In this document: positions 41,880 to 55,763 of the stretch, piece by piece | Layout of the letters: each line of letters starts with the position of its first letter | Position numbering within the stretch: the stretch's first letter is position 1 | Origin: Octopus vulgaris | Taxonomy: Eukaryota | Reading direction: 5' to 3' | Length of the DNA: 64,000 nucleotides | Assembly: GCA_951406725.2 (NCBI GenBank) | Contig: OX597833.1 | Location: 11,408,001 to 11,472,000, forward strand | The notes under the pieces: model-generated | The model's database searches: none | What the model was told of the DNA's origin: nothing | Seen by the model: only the letters and a program-made list of their open reading frames with translations | Program-made: the position numbers and the translations under genes

Positions 41880-42549
41880 ATTTTGTCAGTTACGTGTGGG
41901 TTCCGGCGGTAAGCCATATACCAGCTTTAAACACACACAACCATAATCATCTTTCCCCTCCAGTCACACTACCACCGAGCACTTCTCAGGACGCACACCA
42001 CATACCTTTATCCGCATACACTCACACAATCTTTAATAGCAGCTCCACACATGCCACTATACAGGCAGTCACGCACATTGTTTCACCCAGTACACACGCC
42101 ATAATGCACACTACTGCACCCAGACAGGCGCATAACACATGAATACAGACAATGCATATACACAAACACGCAACGCACATAACCACACGCAGTATGCATA
42201 CGCACCGACAAATTTCGCCCTCAATACATAATCAATACACATGCACACTATTTGGTCATTGGCACATACATACACAAGTACAGGCTCCACCTGAACAAGG
42301 ACACATCACATTCTACACACAACACGCACACGTTAATCCCACACATACACACACGTCCATATGCATACTAACACAGATACACATTTCCATACGAACACAC
42401 ACACATATATACACCCAGACTCGCTCATACATATCTACCCACACGCTGCCATTCACATATACACCCTCACACACACCATTCACACATGCTTGGGCACCTT
42501 AGTTCGTTTGGATTACAGTTACACTTGTTATTTTCATACACCCTCAACA

Positions 42550-43900
42550 AATTAGACTGCTGGAAAAGAAATAATCTTAGCATCGATTTACAACAAGCAA
42601 TCTCAGATGCAAAGAGGCCTCCAAAGTAGGTCCCTAAGCTGTATCTAATGAAACTGTTTTCTAGAGCCGTACGAATCTGGGTTTTATACCCATTTCCTCT
42701 CTCCATCTCTTCACATCTTTCAGGATAGTTCCCAATACACCTCTAAGTACTCCAATACATTTTCCTCTCAAATAGAGACAACAGAAAGGCTAGGTCCTCG
42801 TACTTTACTCTTCTTTCTACACTTCTCCTATTAATGTTTTCATTATTTGGGACTGAAAAGTCAATTGTCAGGACACTTTCTATTCTCTTTATCTACTACT
42901 ACCAAATCAGGCCTTCAAGCTTCTGTTACTGTGTCAGTCTGAATGTTAAAGACCCACACCATTTTATATCTCTTACATTATACTAATTTACTAGGTTCAT
43001 GTTCATACCAGTTATCACCATGTTCAAATAGTAGCTTTCTACATAGCTTCCAGTGGATTATCTCCCTAGATTATCATGTCTTTTCTACTATTCCTTCTGT
43101 TCCAGCATGCTACATTCACTAACCAAAGGATTAACGGTTTCCTCTTTTGATTTCCATAATATTCATTGGTAATCTACTTTGTTTTTGTCTATTTTGGCCA
43201 TTATCAAATTAGTCCTCCATACTTGATCTTATGCCGCTACTAACAAACTTTGTCTTCCGCTCCAGCTTCCCTTTCTGCAAACATGAGCTTCTCCCAGTAC
43301 CACAATTTGATGCTACTATCTTTGGAAATCTACCATGCATAGGAGTCTATATCTAATCAAGGTAACTCCAAAAAGTCTCCTATTGATATTAACCCTCTTC
43401 CGCCTTTCTTTCTGTGTTGATATAATCTTACTACTCCTGCCTTTGTGTGGAGTCATCCATCTGTCTAAATTTGCAAATACAGTTTTTGTCTAATCTACAA
43501 AAGCTGCTGAGTATCTAAGTAATGAGACTGCCTAAGTAAACACGGCCTTCACTACATTTGGACTATTTACCTTTGCCTTCATTAGCTTCCTCACCCTCCG
43601 ATGTACCCCTTCTCCATTTTCGTTTACATTTCTGTATTTAGTACCCAGATTCTAATACTCCTCGATACTTACTGCTCTCTCCTCCTTCCAATCATTTAAA
43701 GGTCTGGCCATCTGTTAATTGGACGTCTTCACTGTTGACTATCTGCCCCTTCTCATAACTAATATCTATGCCAAATTCCATGCCTATATCGTTGTTGAAG
43801 TGTCTTACAGTCTGTATTATAAATGTAACGTTTTTTCACTCTTACTAAGTACCAAAAGATCTTCCATGTGGAGCAATTGGTTAATTTGTCGCTTTTTAAT
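42550..43900 (-). pseudogene. Degenerate R4/Dong-like RLE non-LTR retrotransposon, 3' portion
   Basis: Minus-strand remnants KY.GVLE, AVSLLRYSAA, KGGRGLISI, RHDNLGR, FNIQTDTVTEA.RPDLVV and DFSVP, in the expected order. Confidence 0.7.
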
Positions 43901-44070
43901 TCTGAACTGACAGCCTGCCCTTGTCTTATATTATTACTATTATTATATATTTCCTACCTTTCATTGGGGCTCTTTTCCAGTTTTGGGGCTATTTTTCCCA
44001 AGCATTAAACTAATACATCTGCCCGTTTTTCCTACGCCTGTCTTCGTCATTTGCTCTGTGTAAATTTTAA

Positions 44071-44189
<119 letters not shown>

Positions 44190-44190
44190 C

Positions 44191-44222
<32 letters not shown>

Positions 44223-44330
44223 ATGTATGTATGTATGTATGTATGAATGTATGGAAAAAGTCAAGGTAGGAGATGCTAAACTAATTTTACAAAAAACATT
44301 TCTGTACCGCTTTCAGAAGAAGAAGAAGAA

Positions 44331-44535
44331 GAATGCGGGAGTGCCATGATAGTAGTATGTTAAATGGTCAAGTGCCCTGAAAGTGACCCGTTGTGGATGG
44401 TAGTAGTGTTTGGGACTGTTTTTGAAAAAACAGTTTTTTCAAAAGTCCCAATTGCTGCTATAATCCATAACGAGGCACATTTAGGTCAATTGACCATTTA
44501 ACACGCTACTACTATCACACTACCTGCATTCCTTC
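44331..44535. repeat. ~200-bp imperfect palindrome (MITE-like foldback)
   Basis: tgatagtagt..tgttaaatggtcaa / ttgaccatttaaca..actactatca, centred on ttttgaaaaaacagttttttcaaaa. Confidence 0.75.
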
Positions 44536-45479
44536 TCATTCTCCCTTATCTTTCTCCTTCTTCTTCTTCGTCTTCTTCCTCTCCACCAACTCCTTCCTAA
44601 CTTTACTACTATTGCTGTTTAGAGTAACACCTAGGCAAACTTTATAAACTAAACATTCAAAAGAGATGTCTCAAGAATTCAGTCACTAAAAACTGCATGG
44701 CTGCAGTTTAATGACTGAAAATATGTACAGGTGTGGTTTCATTTATTATTCTAGTTGAAGAGCATTTAGGACGTATCTGAGTGGTATGAGATCCGAATAT
44801 AAGGTGTGGGAAGTTTATGTAAATATAGGTTAAAAATTGTCACTGAGAGGACAAGTAGTCATATTCCAGTCGAATTTTCAAGACTATTTTCCGTGTAAAG
44901 TCCATAGACATAACAGCCTTATATGTATTTAGCTAAGCAGCATTCTGCGGTGTTTCGTAAGTGGATGTGAAAAGTTATTCATGGGATGGTAACGGAGAAT
45001 TGAGCGGAAAGATCTGCGGATGTTGATTTTTGTTAGAGTTGTACATGTGGGAGTAATTCTTTTGTTGTTGTAGCCATTATATATTTCATGATAAGTTTGT
45101 AAAGTAGTGTGGTGCTTCAGTGAGTTTGTCTTAGTTTGTATTATGAATCCGAGTGATTCTTTGAAAAGCCATACGTCTGAGATGGTGGCGCCAGTACGAG
45201 ACTTGCTTGAATTTTTAAAGTTGTGCGTGAACAGTTGATATCTTTCTGTGATGGTACTTCATTCTAAGGTTTGGTGTATTTGAGACAGTAAAGAAATTCC
45301 TGTTAAACTAAATATCATTTTACTTTAAGATTTAAATGTTATGCACAGAACCTTACACCATGATTCTTGGACTATTCGCCCAGGTTTACATTGTTATGCT
45401 TTCATATTTCTCACAGTCTATCATGTGTTTTTGTTTTTTCATTTCTTTTCAACATTTTCTGAAGGCAAGTATAACAAAT

Positions 45480-45715
45480 TATGACTGTGGCAATGGCTCA
45501 CCAATTAAGCTGAATACTTTGTTGTCCAACCAGTGTAACTTCATAGCAACAGCAGGTTCTCGTATAAAACAGACATCGCACAGAATATTATGGTCATGAT
45601 GGGATTTGGCGTTAATGAAAGAAATGATTGTATTTGTCGTGTATAAGTTTAATTGATATTTACTACGATATATAGTTGCGGCTTTTTCTAGCTCCGTTGT
45701 AAAAGAATAGGCACG
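45480..45715 (-). pseudogene. Decayed exon 4 of a C4-like paralogue (copy C)
   Basis: AYSFTTELEKAATIYRSKYQL..SFINAKSHHDHNILCDVCFIREPAVAM aligns with ANYTTEVEKCGYIHGSEYEL..SYANAKSLHNHNVPCAVCLTRQPAVVM, then deletion and frameshift. Downstream flank 45160-45330 resembles 9990-10155. Confidence 0.8.
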
Positions 45716-45842
45716 AATATATATGAAGTAAGACAAGCTGAATATGAAATAAGATAAGCATTGTTTCAAAGCAGGCCCTGAAAAGGAACTTTCAACATTC
45801 AGATTGCGATGGTAAAGGACAATGATGAGCTTACGCATGATT

Positions 45843-45912
<70 letters not shown>

Positions 45913-46419
45913 TGTGTGTGTGTGTTTGTGTGTGTGTGTATGTTTAGTGTGTGCGGCTTTAACGACAAAATCTCATTAAAAGCCGAACAGTATAAAATCT
46001 ATTGATGTATTGTACACAAGAGATTTGGGGTTTAGATATTCTTTGTTCTGGTGACGTAAATAAAGGTCGCATGTTCCGTATTACCGTCTCTGGGATAAGA
46101 AATATTTTATTGCCTTTCTAAATAAACAGAGGTTTCCTTATACGATATCGGAATGGAGAGGAATAGACAACAGGATGACGCAGACAAAATTTGAAGGGCC
46201 TATGGATCCCCCTAATTTTACTGTCCAATGGAAACCTTTATCATGGTCCAAACCAATCAGTATATGACCTGAGAAGATATCCAAGCCGAGACTATTTGTA
46301 TAAAAATGTAATTTGTAACTTTGGCTTGTAATACTAGAATGACCAGTTTGTTAATTTGGTGTCACGGTTTCTATCCGAGACAAATACAATTCGGATTTCG
46401 TTACTTACATATAAGCCTA

Positions 46420-46537
46420 CATCCATCCATTCATCCATCCATCCATCCATCCAGCCAGCCAGCCAGCCAGCAAGCCACCCATCCATCCATACATACATAC
46501 ATGCATGCATATATACATACATACATACATACATACA

Positions 46538-46573
<36 letters not shown>

Positions 46574-46957
46574 TATACATACATACATACATACATACGT
46601 ACATACGTACATATATACGTACATACATACATACATACATACGTTCATACATACATACATACATACATAATACATACATACTTACATACATACATACATA
46701 CATACATAATAAATACATACATACATATATACATACATACATCCATCCATCCATACATACATACATACATCCATCCATACATGCATCCATCGATCCATAC
46801 ATATATACGTGCATACGTACATACATACATACATACAACATACATACATAATACATACATACATACTTACATACATACATACATACATGCATACATACAT
46901 ACATACATACATACACATATACATACATATATATACACACATACATACATGCATACA

Positions 46958-46991
<34 letters not shown>

Positions 46992-47058
46992 CACATACAT
47001 ACATACATACATACATACATACATACATACATACATACATACATACATACATACATAC
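46420..47058. repeat. (TCCA)n/(TACA)n microsatellite
   Basis: Direct. Confidence 0.95.
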
Positions 47059-47059
47059 A

Positions 47060-47600
47060 AAAATATTATCGAAAAGTCTACACTAGATGTCAAGAAAAGA
47101 TATGTAGGGAAATTGTCGCGCCCAAGATTACTGTCCGGGACGCAGTACACCCAACCAGAGAGTCGTTCAAAGACAGATCTTCCAGCAAACATTGAAATAT
47201 TTCTAAGGTTTATACGCTGTAAACCACGGAATAACGTGCCCTGGGGCATGTTGCGGATGGTTTACCAGGAAGGTGAGTTTAATGGGCAAAAACTGGTTGC
47301 CATAATGTACTTATATGGATGTTCAAATGATTGTATTTATGTAAAAGTCGAAAGTTTTCAACGTGAAGGTTTCACTTAGTTGAAGTGTGCATTGTTAGTG
47401 CCCCTTCTCACATTCTTTTTTGTGATCTGGTTGAATATGCGCAGCCATTGTGGTAGAGGTATCCCAATTCATCTCTACGTGATCGGTCGACTGTTATTTG
47501 TAGACGACATGCTGCTACCTGATTCGTCTGATGGTCACTAACAACGTGCATTGAATGGGTTGGCTGCCGAGTACCCCAAGGCAGGATTGACAAATACGCA
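47060..47600 (+). pseudogene. Partial copy of the degenerate RTE LINE
   Basis: Matches 18340-18790 and 59820-60370. Confidence 0.7.
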
Positions 47601-47727
47601 CTGTGTAGGAAAGTGGAACATCATTATTGCGGGTCTCTATTCACGAATGATTCAAAGTTGGTGAAATTATAAATCATTAGTTAAGGAGACACGGGTAAAA
47701 GACTTTAGCCATAAAAATAGTTCTTAC

Positions 47728-47779
47728 TTGGTGTGTCATCAGGTTTATCGTCGAGAGATTTCTTGGAGATGAAACGGTT
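47728..47779 (-). CDS. Exon 2 of C4-like copy C
   Basis: 52 bp with intact AG/GT; encodes NRFISKKSLDDKPDDTP. No exon 3 is found downstream. Confidence 0.6.
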
Positions 47780-47877
47780 CTGTGAAAAAATAGAAATAGC
47801 ATCATATAAAGAGAACTTCAGGGTATTTATAATCGTTTAGAACTTAAAACAATGCAATAGATGACAACATATTCGGA

Positions 47878-48140
47878 CAGGTATCATTGCCAACACTACC
47901 ATCTCAACCCCTTAGAAATCTTCTAGAAGGCGCTTCAATCCAGTCAAAGGATTTTCTGAACAATATCAGACAATACAACTCTGCATTTCAAATGACATCG
48001 TTTGGTGAATCTAAGAAGATAGATAAACATGAATTTACGCCGACGTCAAAGTTCAAGGGCAAGTCTATCCCATCATTGGTTCCCTGGTACTCTCGAATGA
48101 ACAACCACAGTTCCTCCAAATTTACTCTATGAGTGATGTA
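47878..48140 (+). pseudogene. Helitron fragment (duplicated)
   Basis: FLNNIRQYNSAFQMTSFG motif. Confidence 0.7.
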
Positions 48141-48229
48141 GGACAAGAAACCCGACGTGAGGTGTCAAAATTTCCGATGATGGGTCGTGTTAGACACAGC
48201 GCACACTGCTGCAAAGGAGAGTATATCCC

Positions 48230-48315
48230 CAGCAATGCCGGGTATGTCTGCTAGTACACACACACACATACACACACACACACACATATGTATATACACA
48301 TAGATATTTCTACAT

Positions 48316-48347
<32 letters not shown>

Positions 48348-49870
48348 ATATATAGTTAAATTTAATCCAAACAAAAAAGCACAAAGAAACACATCAACGC
48401 GTGGACGTGGAACAAACATAGTATTATTGGACGCCCAGGAAAGAAAGAAAGAAGGAGGGTTTAACGTTTCGGGTGGAGCTCTTCGTCGGAAACATACGAG
48501 ATGGAATGATCCAGAGGAGGGAATACAGGGGAAAAAATCGCCAAAGGTACACACGCACACACATTTTGAATGACCGGAAGGAAATGGGTGAAGAAAAGTT
48601 CTTTCAAAGACAGGAGAGTGGTAGAGGAGGAGGAATGTGTGTGTAAGTGTGGATAAGAGCGTGTGCGGAGGTCTGCGTGTGCGTGTGTGTGTCTGTGTGT
48701 ATGTGTGCAATAATGACACGTGTGTGTGTATGTGTGTGTGTGTGTGTGTGGTTGTGGCTGTTAAACTTTGCGTGTTGTAGGGTTAGTAGTGTTAAGGTCA
48801 AGGAAGAAGGAATTGGGCGTGGCTCCTTTTGTCTCTACCACAGGTCAAGTAGTAGGTACTGCTAGTTTGAAGTATGTGTGTGTGTGCGTGTATGTATATG
48901 TATCGTGTGTGTGTTTTGTTTGTAGTGTGTGTGTGTGCATGTGTGTGTGTTCGTGTGTGTAGGCGTAGAGTTAGGGTGTTTGGCGAATAACTGTGCTTTA
49001 CATAGTGTATGTGTGCGTGTGTGTATATGTGTGTACCGTGTGTATGGGACGTATGTGTGGGTTCATTTGTGTGTGTGTGTATGTATGTGCGTGCGTCTCG
49101 TATGTGCGTGTGTGCATGTACGTGTACGTTTGTATGTGTGTGTGTAAGCGTATATGGGTGTATATGCGTGTATCCGTGGGGTTGTGAGTTTTCGGTGTGT
49201 GCATTAATGTGCGTGTGTACGTGCGTATGTGTGCGCATGTTTTTGCGTGCGTGTGTGTGTGTGTCTGTGTCTATATGTGTATACGGATGTGTATGTGTGT
49301 GCGTGTAGGCATATATTGTGTGTATGTATATGTATCGGTGTGTATGTGAATTTGTACATGCGTGTGTGTTTTGGGTTTTTCTGGAGTTGTGTGGGAGTAA
49401 TGTGCGTGCGTGTGTGCGCTTAAGTACGTGTATGTGCGTGTGTGTCTCTGCCCATGTGTGTATAAGTGTGTGCGTATCTGTATGAGTATTGTTCGTTAAA
49501 GGTATATGTGGACATCTGTGCTGGTGTGTGTGTATGTACGTGTGTATGTATGTGTGTGTGTATTGTGTGCGTATGATGCATATATCTCCGTGATCACCGT
49601 CACAGACCAGTTGTTGCTACATATCGCTGGTCACAATGCGCTTCGCGTTGTTTTAGCCTTCAAATGACGCCACCCCGCTGGTTAAGCGAGCAGGCCAACA
49701 GAAGAAAGGGAGAAAGTTGTAGCGAAAGAGTACAGCAGAGATCAACACAACCCAACTCCCTGAGCCTCGTGGAGCATTAAACACTCACAACGCCCAGTCT
49801 GGGAATCGAAACCGCGATCCGACAACCATGAGTCCGCTGCCCGAACCACTGGGCCACTGCGCCTCCACCC
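48230..49870. repeat. Duplicated intronic block (TG-rich Penelope-type relic and SINE)
   Basis: Aligns with ~61390-63145. Confidence 0.85.
49590..49866 (-). mobile_element. tRNA-derived SINE, second family
   Basis: Minus strand ggaggcgcagtggcccagtgg (A box)...ggtttcgattccc (B box); second copy at 62870-63145. Confidence 0.7.
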
Positions 49871-50631
49871 CCACACACACACACACATCACACATATATA
49901 AATACATATCGATATATACGTATGCACGTATACTTAGGCATACACACCATAAATATCACAAATATACGTATCTACTTATACGCATACACACACACAAACG
50001 CACACATATATGTGAGTGGACATACACTGTATAGTGTGATTGTTCGTGTACAATTGAGCACGTGTGTCTGTGTGCGTGCGTATGTGTGTGTGTTTGTGTT
50101 TATTTGTGCGTGTGTTTGTCCGTGTGTCTGTGTGTATGTATTTACATTCGTTCTTACATATTGTCATATATAAAAACCAACGTGAATTACAGTCAAACAT
50201 TACGAAATTCACCGATCTACATTGGCACTCGCACGTTTTATTTTCAGTTGGAAAGAAAAGATTAAAAAAAACTCGCCTCACTTCCGTTCCTGATGGAGAG
50301 AAATAGATAAATGTGTGTAAATATGTACGTATTCCTATGTGTGCGTGTGTGTGTGTTTGTATGTGTCTGTTTCTGTGCGTGTGTGTAAGTGTACATCTAG
50401 ATATAATACTTAACACTAATATTAATAGGGCTAAACGTTGCAGCGACAGGGCATGGCCATGCTAGAACCCCACCATTAGATTTTTTTTCATTACGCACTT
50501 ATTTCCCTCTCCAGGATTATGTCTGGTGAAAGAGCGATCGGACAGGAGTACAATTCCACTCTTCTCTGTGTTTCCTTGGGATGTGTGTATATGTATATAC
50601 ATACATATATACATATATATACATATACATA

Positions 50632-50675
<44 letters not shown>

Positions 50676-50686
50676 TAGATAGTTAG

Positions 50687-50717
<31 letters not shown>

Positions 50718-50807
50718 GATAGATAGATAGATAGTTAGATAGATAGATTGATAGATAGATATGTATGTATATACATTCGTAAGTATATATGTGTGTATGT
50801 ATATATG

Positions 50808-50858
<51 letters not shown>

Positions 50859-50917
50859 GAGGTACAATGGCCCAGTGGTCGTAGGATCGCGCTTTCGATT
50901 CCCAGACCGAGCGGTGA

Positions 50918-50986
<69 letters not shown>

Positions 50987-50987
50987 T

Positions 50988-51265
50988 ATAATAAGGGTTT
51001 TTGGCAATAAGTTGCTTAAACCACATACCGAAAATGTTAGAAAAGAAGTCAAAGGCCTACCATTTCTATTACAGCAATGGTAGAAATGGTAGCCCTTTGA
51101 CTGCTATTTCTAATATTTTCGGTATGTTGTTTAAGCAAATTGTTGCAAAAAACCCTCATTATAATTGTTTAAATTTTTACCGTATATGGTCCTTTTCCAT
51201 ACCTAAATACTACTAGGTGAAATTTATTGATTTTATTAAATTAATTATATTTCCCCCTTTATCTG
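50988..51265. repeat. ~175-bp imperfect palindrome plus tail inserted in (TA)n
   Basis: agggttttt..gcttaaac.acataccgaaaat.ttagaaa / tttctaatattttcggtatgt.gtttaagc..aaaaaccct. Absent from the 3.1-kb paralogous position. Confidence 0.75.
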
Positions 51266-51289
51266 TATATATGTATATATATATATATT

Positions 51290-51444
51290 ACAGTGTCTGT
51301 GTGGTAAGACACTTGCTTCTTAACCACAAGGTATTCTGTTCATTCCCACTGCGTAGAAAATTTGACGAATGCCTACCACTATAACCTCGAGTTGACCAGA
51401 GCCATGTCAGTAGATTTGGTAGATTGAGACTGAAAGAAGGGTGC

Positions 51445-51509
<65 letters not shown>

Positions 51510-51742
51510 GGATGTGTATGTATGTATGTATATACGTATTATGTATGTGTCTGTGATTGTCGCACCACTATCGCTTCTCAACTGATATCGGTGTGTTTAC
51601 GTCCACGTTACATAGCGGTTCGGCTAGAGATATCGATAGAATGAGCACTAGGCTTACAAAGAATAATTGCCAAAGTCGATTCGTCCTACAAAACGCAGTG
51701 CTCTAGCATGGCCGCAGTCAAATTACTGAAACGGGTAAAAGA
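51290..51742 (+). mobile_element. Decayed octopus-type SINE
   Basis: Head ctgtgtggtaagacacttgctt..., core and gcatggccgcagtcaa tail. Confidence 0.65.
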
Positions 51743-51755
51743 ATATATTTATATA

Positions 51756-51811
<56 letters not shown>

Positions 51812-52281
51812 AATAGAGAGAGAGAGAGAGAGATAGACAGAGAGATACAGTGATAGATACACACACGCATATATTTGTTTGTATATATATATCTATATAT
51901 GTTCACGCACTAATATATTCATATATATGTATATTTATATATACATATATATGTATATTATATATACAAATATATGTATATGTATATATATGTATGTTTA
52001 GGTGTGTGCGCCTGTGTGTTCGTGTGTGATTACGTGTGTGATCTTATGTGTGTGCGCGCTCTATAGAAACATATGTACGTGATTCAGGCATACATCCTTA
52101 CATCCATCTATCCATCCGTACGTACATACATCCATATATTCATACATACATACGTTGATGCATACATACATACATACATGCATCCACATATTAATACATA
52201 CATACGTAAATGCATACATACATACATGCATATATAAATACATAAAGACATACATATATTAACACAAAATCCATGACTTAC

Positions 52282-52425
52282 CGTTTTCGATTTCTCTTCC
52301 ATTTTTCCTATTCTTGAATCTTGATGAAGAATCACGATCGTCAGAACGAGAAGAACCCCAAAAGCTATGAGAGAAGAAATGGAATAACGCTGCGAAATAT
52401 TCCTGGACAGTTGTGCGAAATCCAT
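52282..52425 (-). CDS. Exon 1 of C4-like copy C
   Basis: Same 48 codons as copy A; GTAAGT donor. Confidence 0.7.
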
Positions 52426-52845
52426 TCTGGTGACAGTTGTCGGCCGTAAGTGATACTTCGTGTGGCTTCAACAAAAGATCGAGATGCGAGGTTTAAGCTG
52501 AAGACCTGTAACTGAATTCCACGTATTTATTGAGCGCACAACAACCCAGCTCTGGCATAGATCTTATCGTAAATTTATGAACCAATGCGATTGGTGGAAC
52601 TGTAAAAGCGGGTGTGAACTTGTCTGACAGGTTTAATTATTGGAAAGAGATGGTTTGATATTGTCACACAATAATTAGCAAAATATTTTGATGAATGAGA
52701 GACACGTGTAAAGTGAAATGATTCCTGTTTCTGGATATATTATGATATATTTATTTACTAATGTTGTTATTTAATTTTATTTGTTATTCTTGGGAAACTG
52801 TTTTAATATTCAGTGTGGGAAGTATTTCGTTCAACAGACGAATAC

Positions 52846-52848
52846 ACA

Positions 52849-52919
<71 letters not shown>

Positions 52920-52957
52920 ACAAAACATACACACACACAAACACACACACACACACT

Positions 52958-53007
<50 letters not shown>

Positions 53008-53119
53008 TACACACGCACACACTGACATACATACACACACACACACTGACACACACACACCGACACACACACAAATACAAACACACATACACACTGACAC
53101 ACACACACACACACACACT

Positions 53120-53180
<61 letters not shown>

Positions 53181-53199
53181 ACATACACACACACACACT

Positions 53200-53262
<63 letters not shown>

Positions 53263-53279
53263 ACATACACACACACACT

Positions 53280-53314
<35 letters not shown>

Positions 53315-53505
53315 ACATACTCATACACACACACACACATTAACACACACACACACATTCACACACACACATTCACACACACACACATACACTGACGCAC
53401 ACACACACACACATACACACACACACACACACACACTGACACACACACACAGACACACACTGACCCACACACCGTGACTCACACACACTGACACACACAC
53501 ACGCT

Positions 53506-53541
<36 letters not shown>

Positions 53542-53545
53542 CACA

Positions 53546-53580
<35 letters not shown>

Positions 53581-53585
53581 ACAAA
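52846..53585. repeat. (CA)n microsatellite
   Basis: Direct. Confidence 0.95.
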
Positions 53586-55264
53586 TATGCGGGAAAATGC
53601 GGGCTCGTACGAGCGACCGCAGTTACTGTTGGGGCACAAGGTTGAAGTCAACTCCTCTAGCGAAGTATTTATCAAAGAGAAATACCGAAGGGAGGTAACT
53701 CACGACAGACTCCAGCCTGGCGCTCTAATGGCGTCACTTACTCGTTGTTGTTGACTATGTTTAAGTTAAAGCTATGGCTTTAAGTTTGTCCAGATATTCC
53801 CCTCTTCGGTATTTTCTTTTGATAACGGCTGAACTGGAACCCGATAGGGAGCAGCACTGGACTGATATGCTGTTTTTGCCGCTTTCTGCACTGAATTTGC
53901 CTTTAGAGTTTGAAATATGCCATTAGCACATTTTAACGAACCCAAAAATTGCTTATGCCTAATACTGAGCGCTAATACTGTTCACTGGAAACGCCATGTT
54001 GAATGTTTCCATATATTCATTTGTCAATTTGCATTTCGTGCTTTCATATTACTTAATTATTATTCTTTTTCTCTAGCTTTTTCACAATCGAGCATTCTTA
54101 TGGCACGCAATTAATCGGACAAAAAACGTGCTGCCACCCACAGATCCCTCTTTCCACGGATACCTTCGTTTATCTGGCAGCCATTCTACAAACTCCCACA
54201 TACAAGGAGCAATCATGCTGGGTAGAGTGTGAAAGACTCAACATGTTGCACTGATTCCACCTAATGTATATTTTATAAGTCGTCTTCCTTTCCTTACTAA
54301 GTCGTTTATGTGTGTTACAGTTATTGTATGCATGTATCTCGAAGCAAGTTCCTCTTCTGCGAGTTTGATAGTTTTATGTTACAGATCGCGATAATTTGTT
54401 GAATTCGATGTTTTGTGGTGTTACTGTAGATTCGGTTGATGCTGTTCTTGAAGTGTACTCATATTTCTTGGTGGTTTCATATTTTATTTTGGCACATCAG
54501 TGTTCAGGGAGCGATAAGAGGCTGCGTGTGTAATGTGACGCGAGGCTGTGTGTGTGTGATTTTTATAGAAAAGCGGGAATATGTGAATGTAGGTTGAAAA
54601 TATTTCATCGTGGGACGTGTACTTGTACCCTTGTCGAAAGAGTTTTGTGAAAACTTCAATGTGTTCGTAACCTGACAAGTAGTTAGGTAGTCAACATTTT
54701 TTGGTATTTCTTCAGTGGATATCAAATATCCTTTATTAGGAAATATCCGCCATTGGATTGCAGAGATTTCTTCGCATTGATTGTAGTTACAATGATACGT
54801 ATGGGAGTATTTTTTTTATTAAACCATCATGATTTAGTGATGTTAGTTATAAGCTTTTATCGTGTTTTCTGAAGATTGATCATGAAAGGGTGATATATTT
54901 GTACGGAGGTGTTTCATTTGGGGATTGTTTTCATTTTAAGACGGAATACAACACACATTTAAACGAATCATCATTTTATTTCAACATTTAAATTTGATAA
55001 ACTGAACCTCATACAATGTATTCTAGAATCATTCCCTGAGGATTACATCGTTCTGTTAAGCTATTTGTCACATTCTATGACGTCTCTGTTGTTTCGTTTT
55101 GAATATTTTCTGAAAACTTGTAGCAGCAATTTATTTAACGACATATATTAGTTGGATAAAATACTGCGAAACACAATTACAAGAAACGTATATGTTGCTT
55201 TATTATATTATATTTTATGATTCGCCGACATAAATTTTCATATAGAAACGAATGTAAATTCGAT

Positions 55265-55763
55265 TCAGTATTTACTGCACACAACGCAGGTTAATTCTCG
55301 ACCATCGACATACGGTGGACATGGCAATGAACCACAAGCAGCCTGAACGAAATATAAAACAGCTCCATTTTCATTTCTGTAACCTGCTGGATCAGCTTCT
55401 GGTGCATAATCTACACACACATATTCTTGCCTGCCCTTTTCTGCGTGATGACTAGCCATCAAATATCCTGAATACTCAGCTGTCCAACCAGGGTAACACT
55501 TTGTCCTGGCTGGTAACATCATAACGACAGCAGGTTGTCGTGTCAAACAGACAGCGCACGGAACGTTGTGCTCATGAATTGATTCAGCGTTAGCAAAAGA
55601 AAAGAGTTTATTAGTTGGGTAAATTCCAGTTGATATTCACTGCCATAAATGTAACCACCTTTTTCAACTTCTGTCGTATAATTGGCCCAAATGGGGTCGT
55701 TAGGTAGACACAAGAGATTACTTCCGCCACCTGTGTGGTCGTACCATTGTCCACCAGCCACAC
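55265..55763 (-). pseudogene. Exon 4 of C4-like copy D with a single 1-bp frameshift near 55620 (pseudogene or assembly error)
   Basis: 499 bp against 500 bp in copy B. Two overlapping ORFs (55543-55761, 55265-55546) together give the full domain. Confidence 0.8.

Noticed and set aside
34124-41917. Many Arg/Ala/Pro-rich ORFs on both strands
   Set aside because: By-products of GC-rich rRNA and spacer repeats; no protein motifs.
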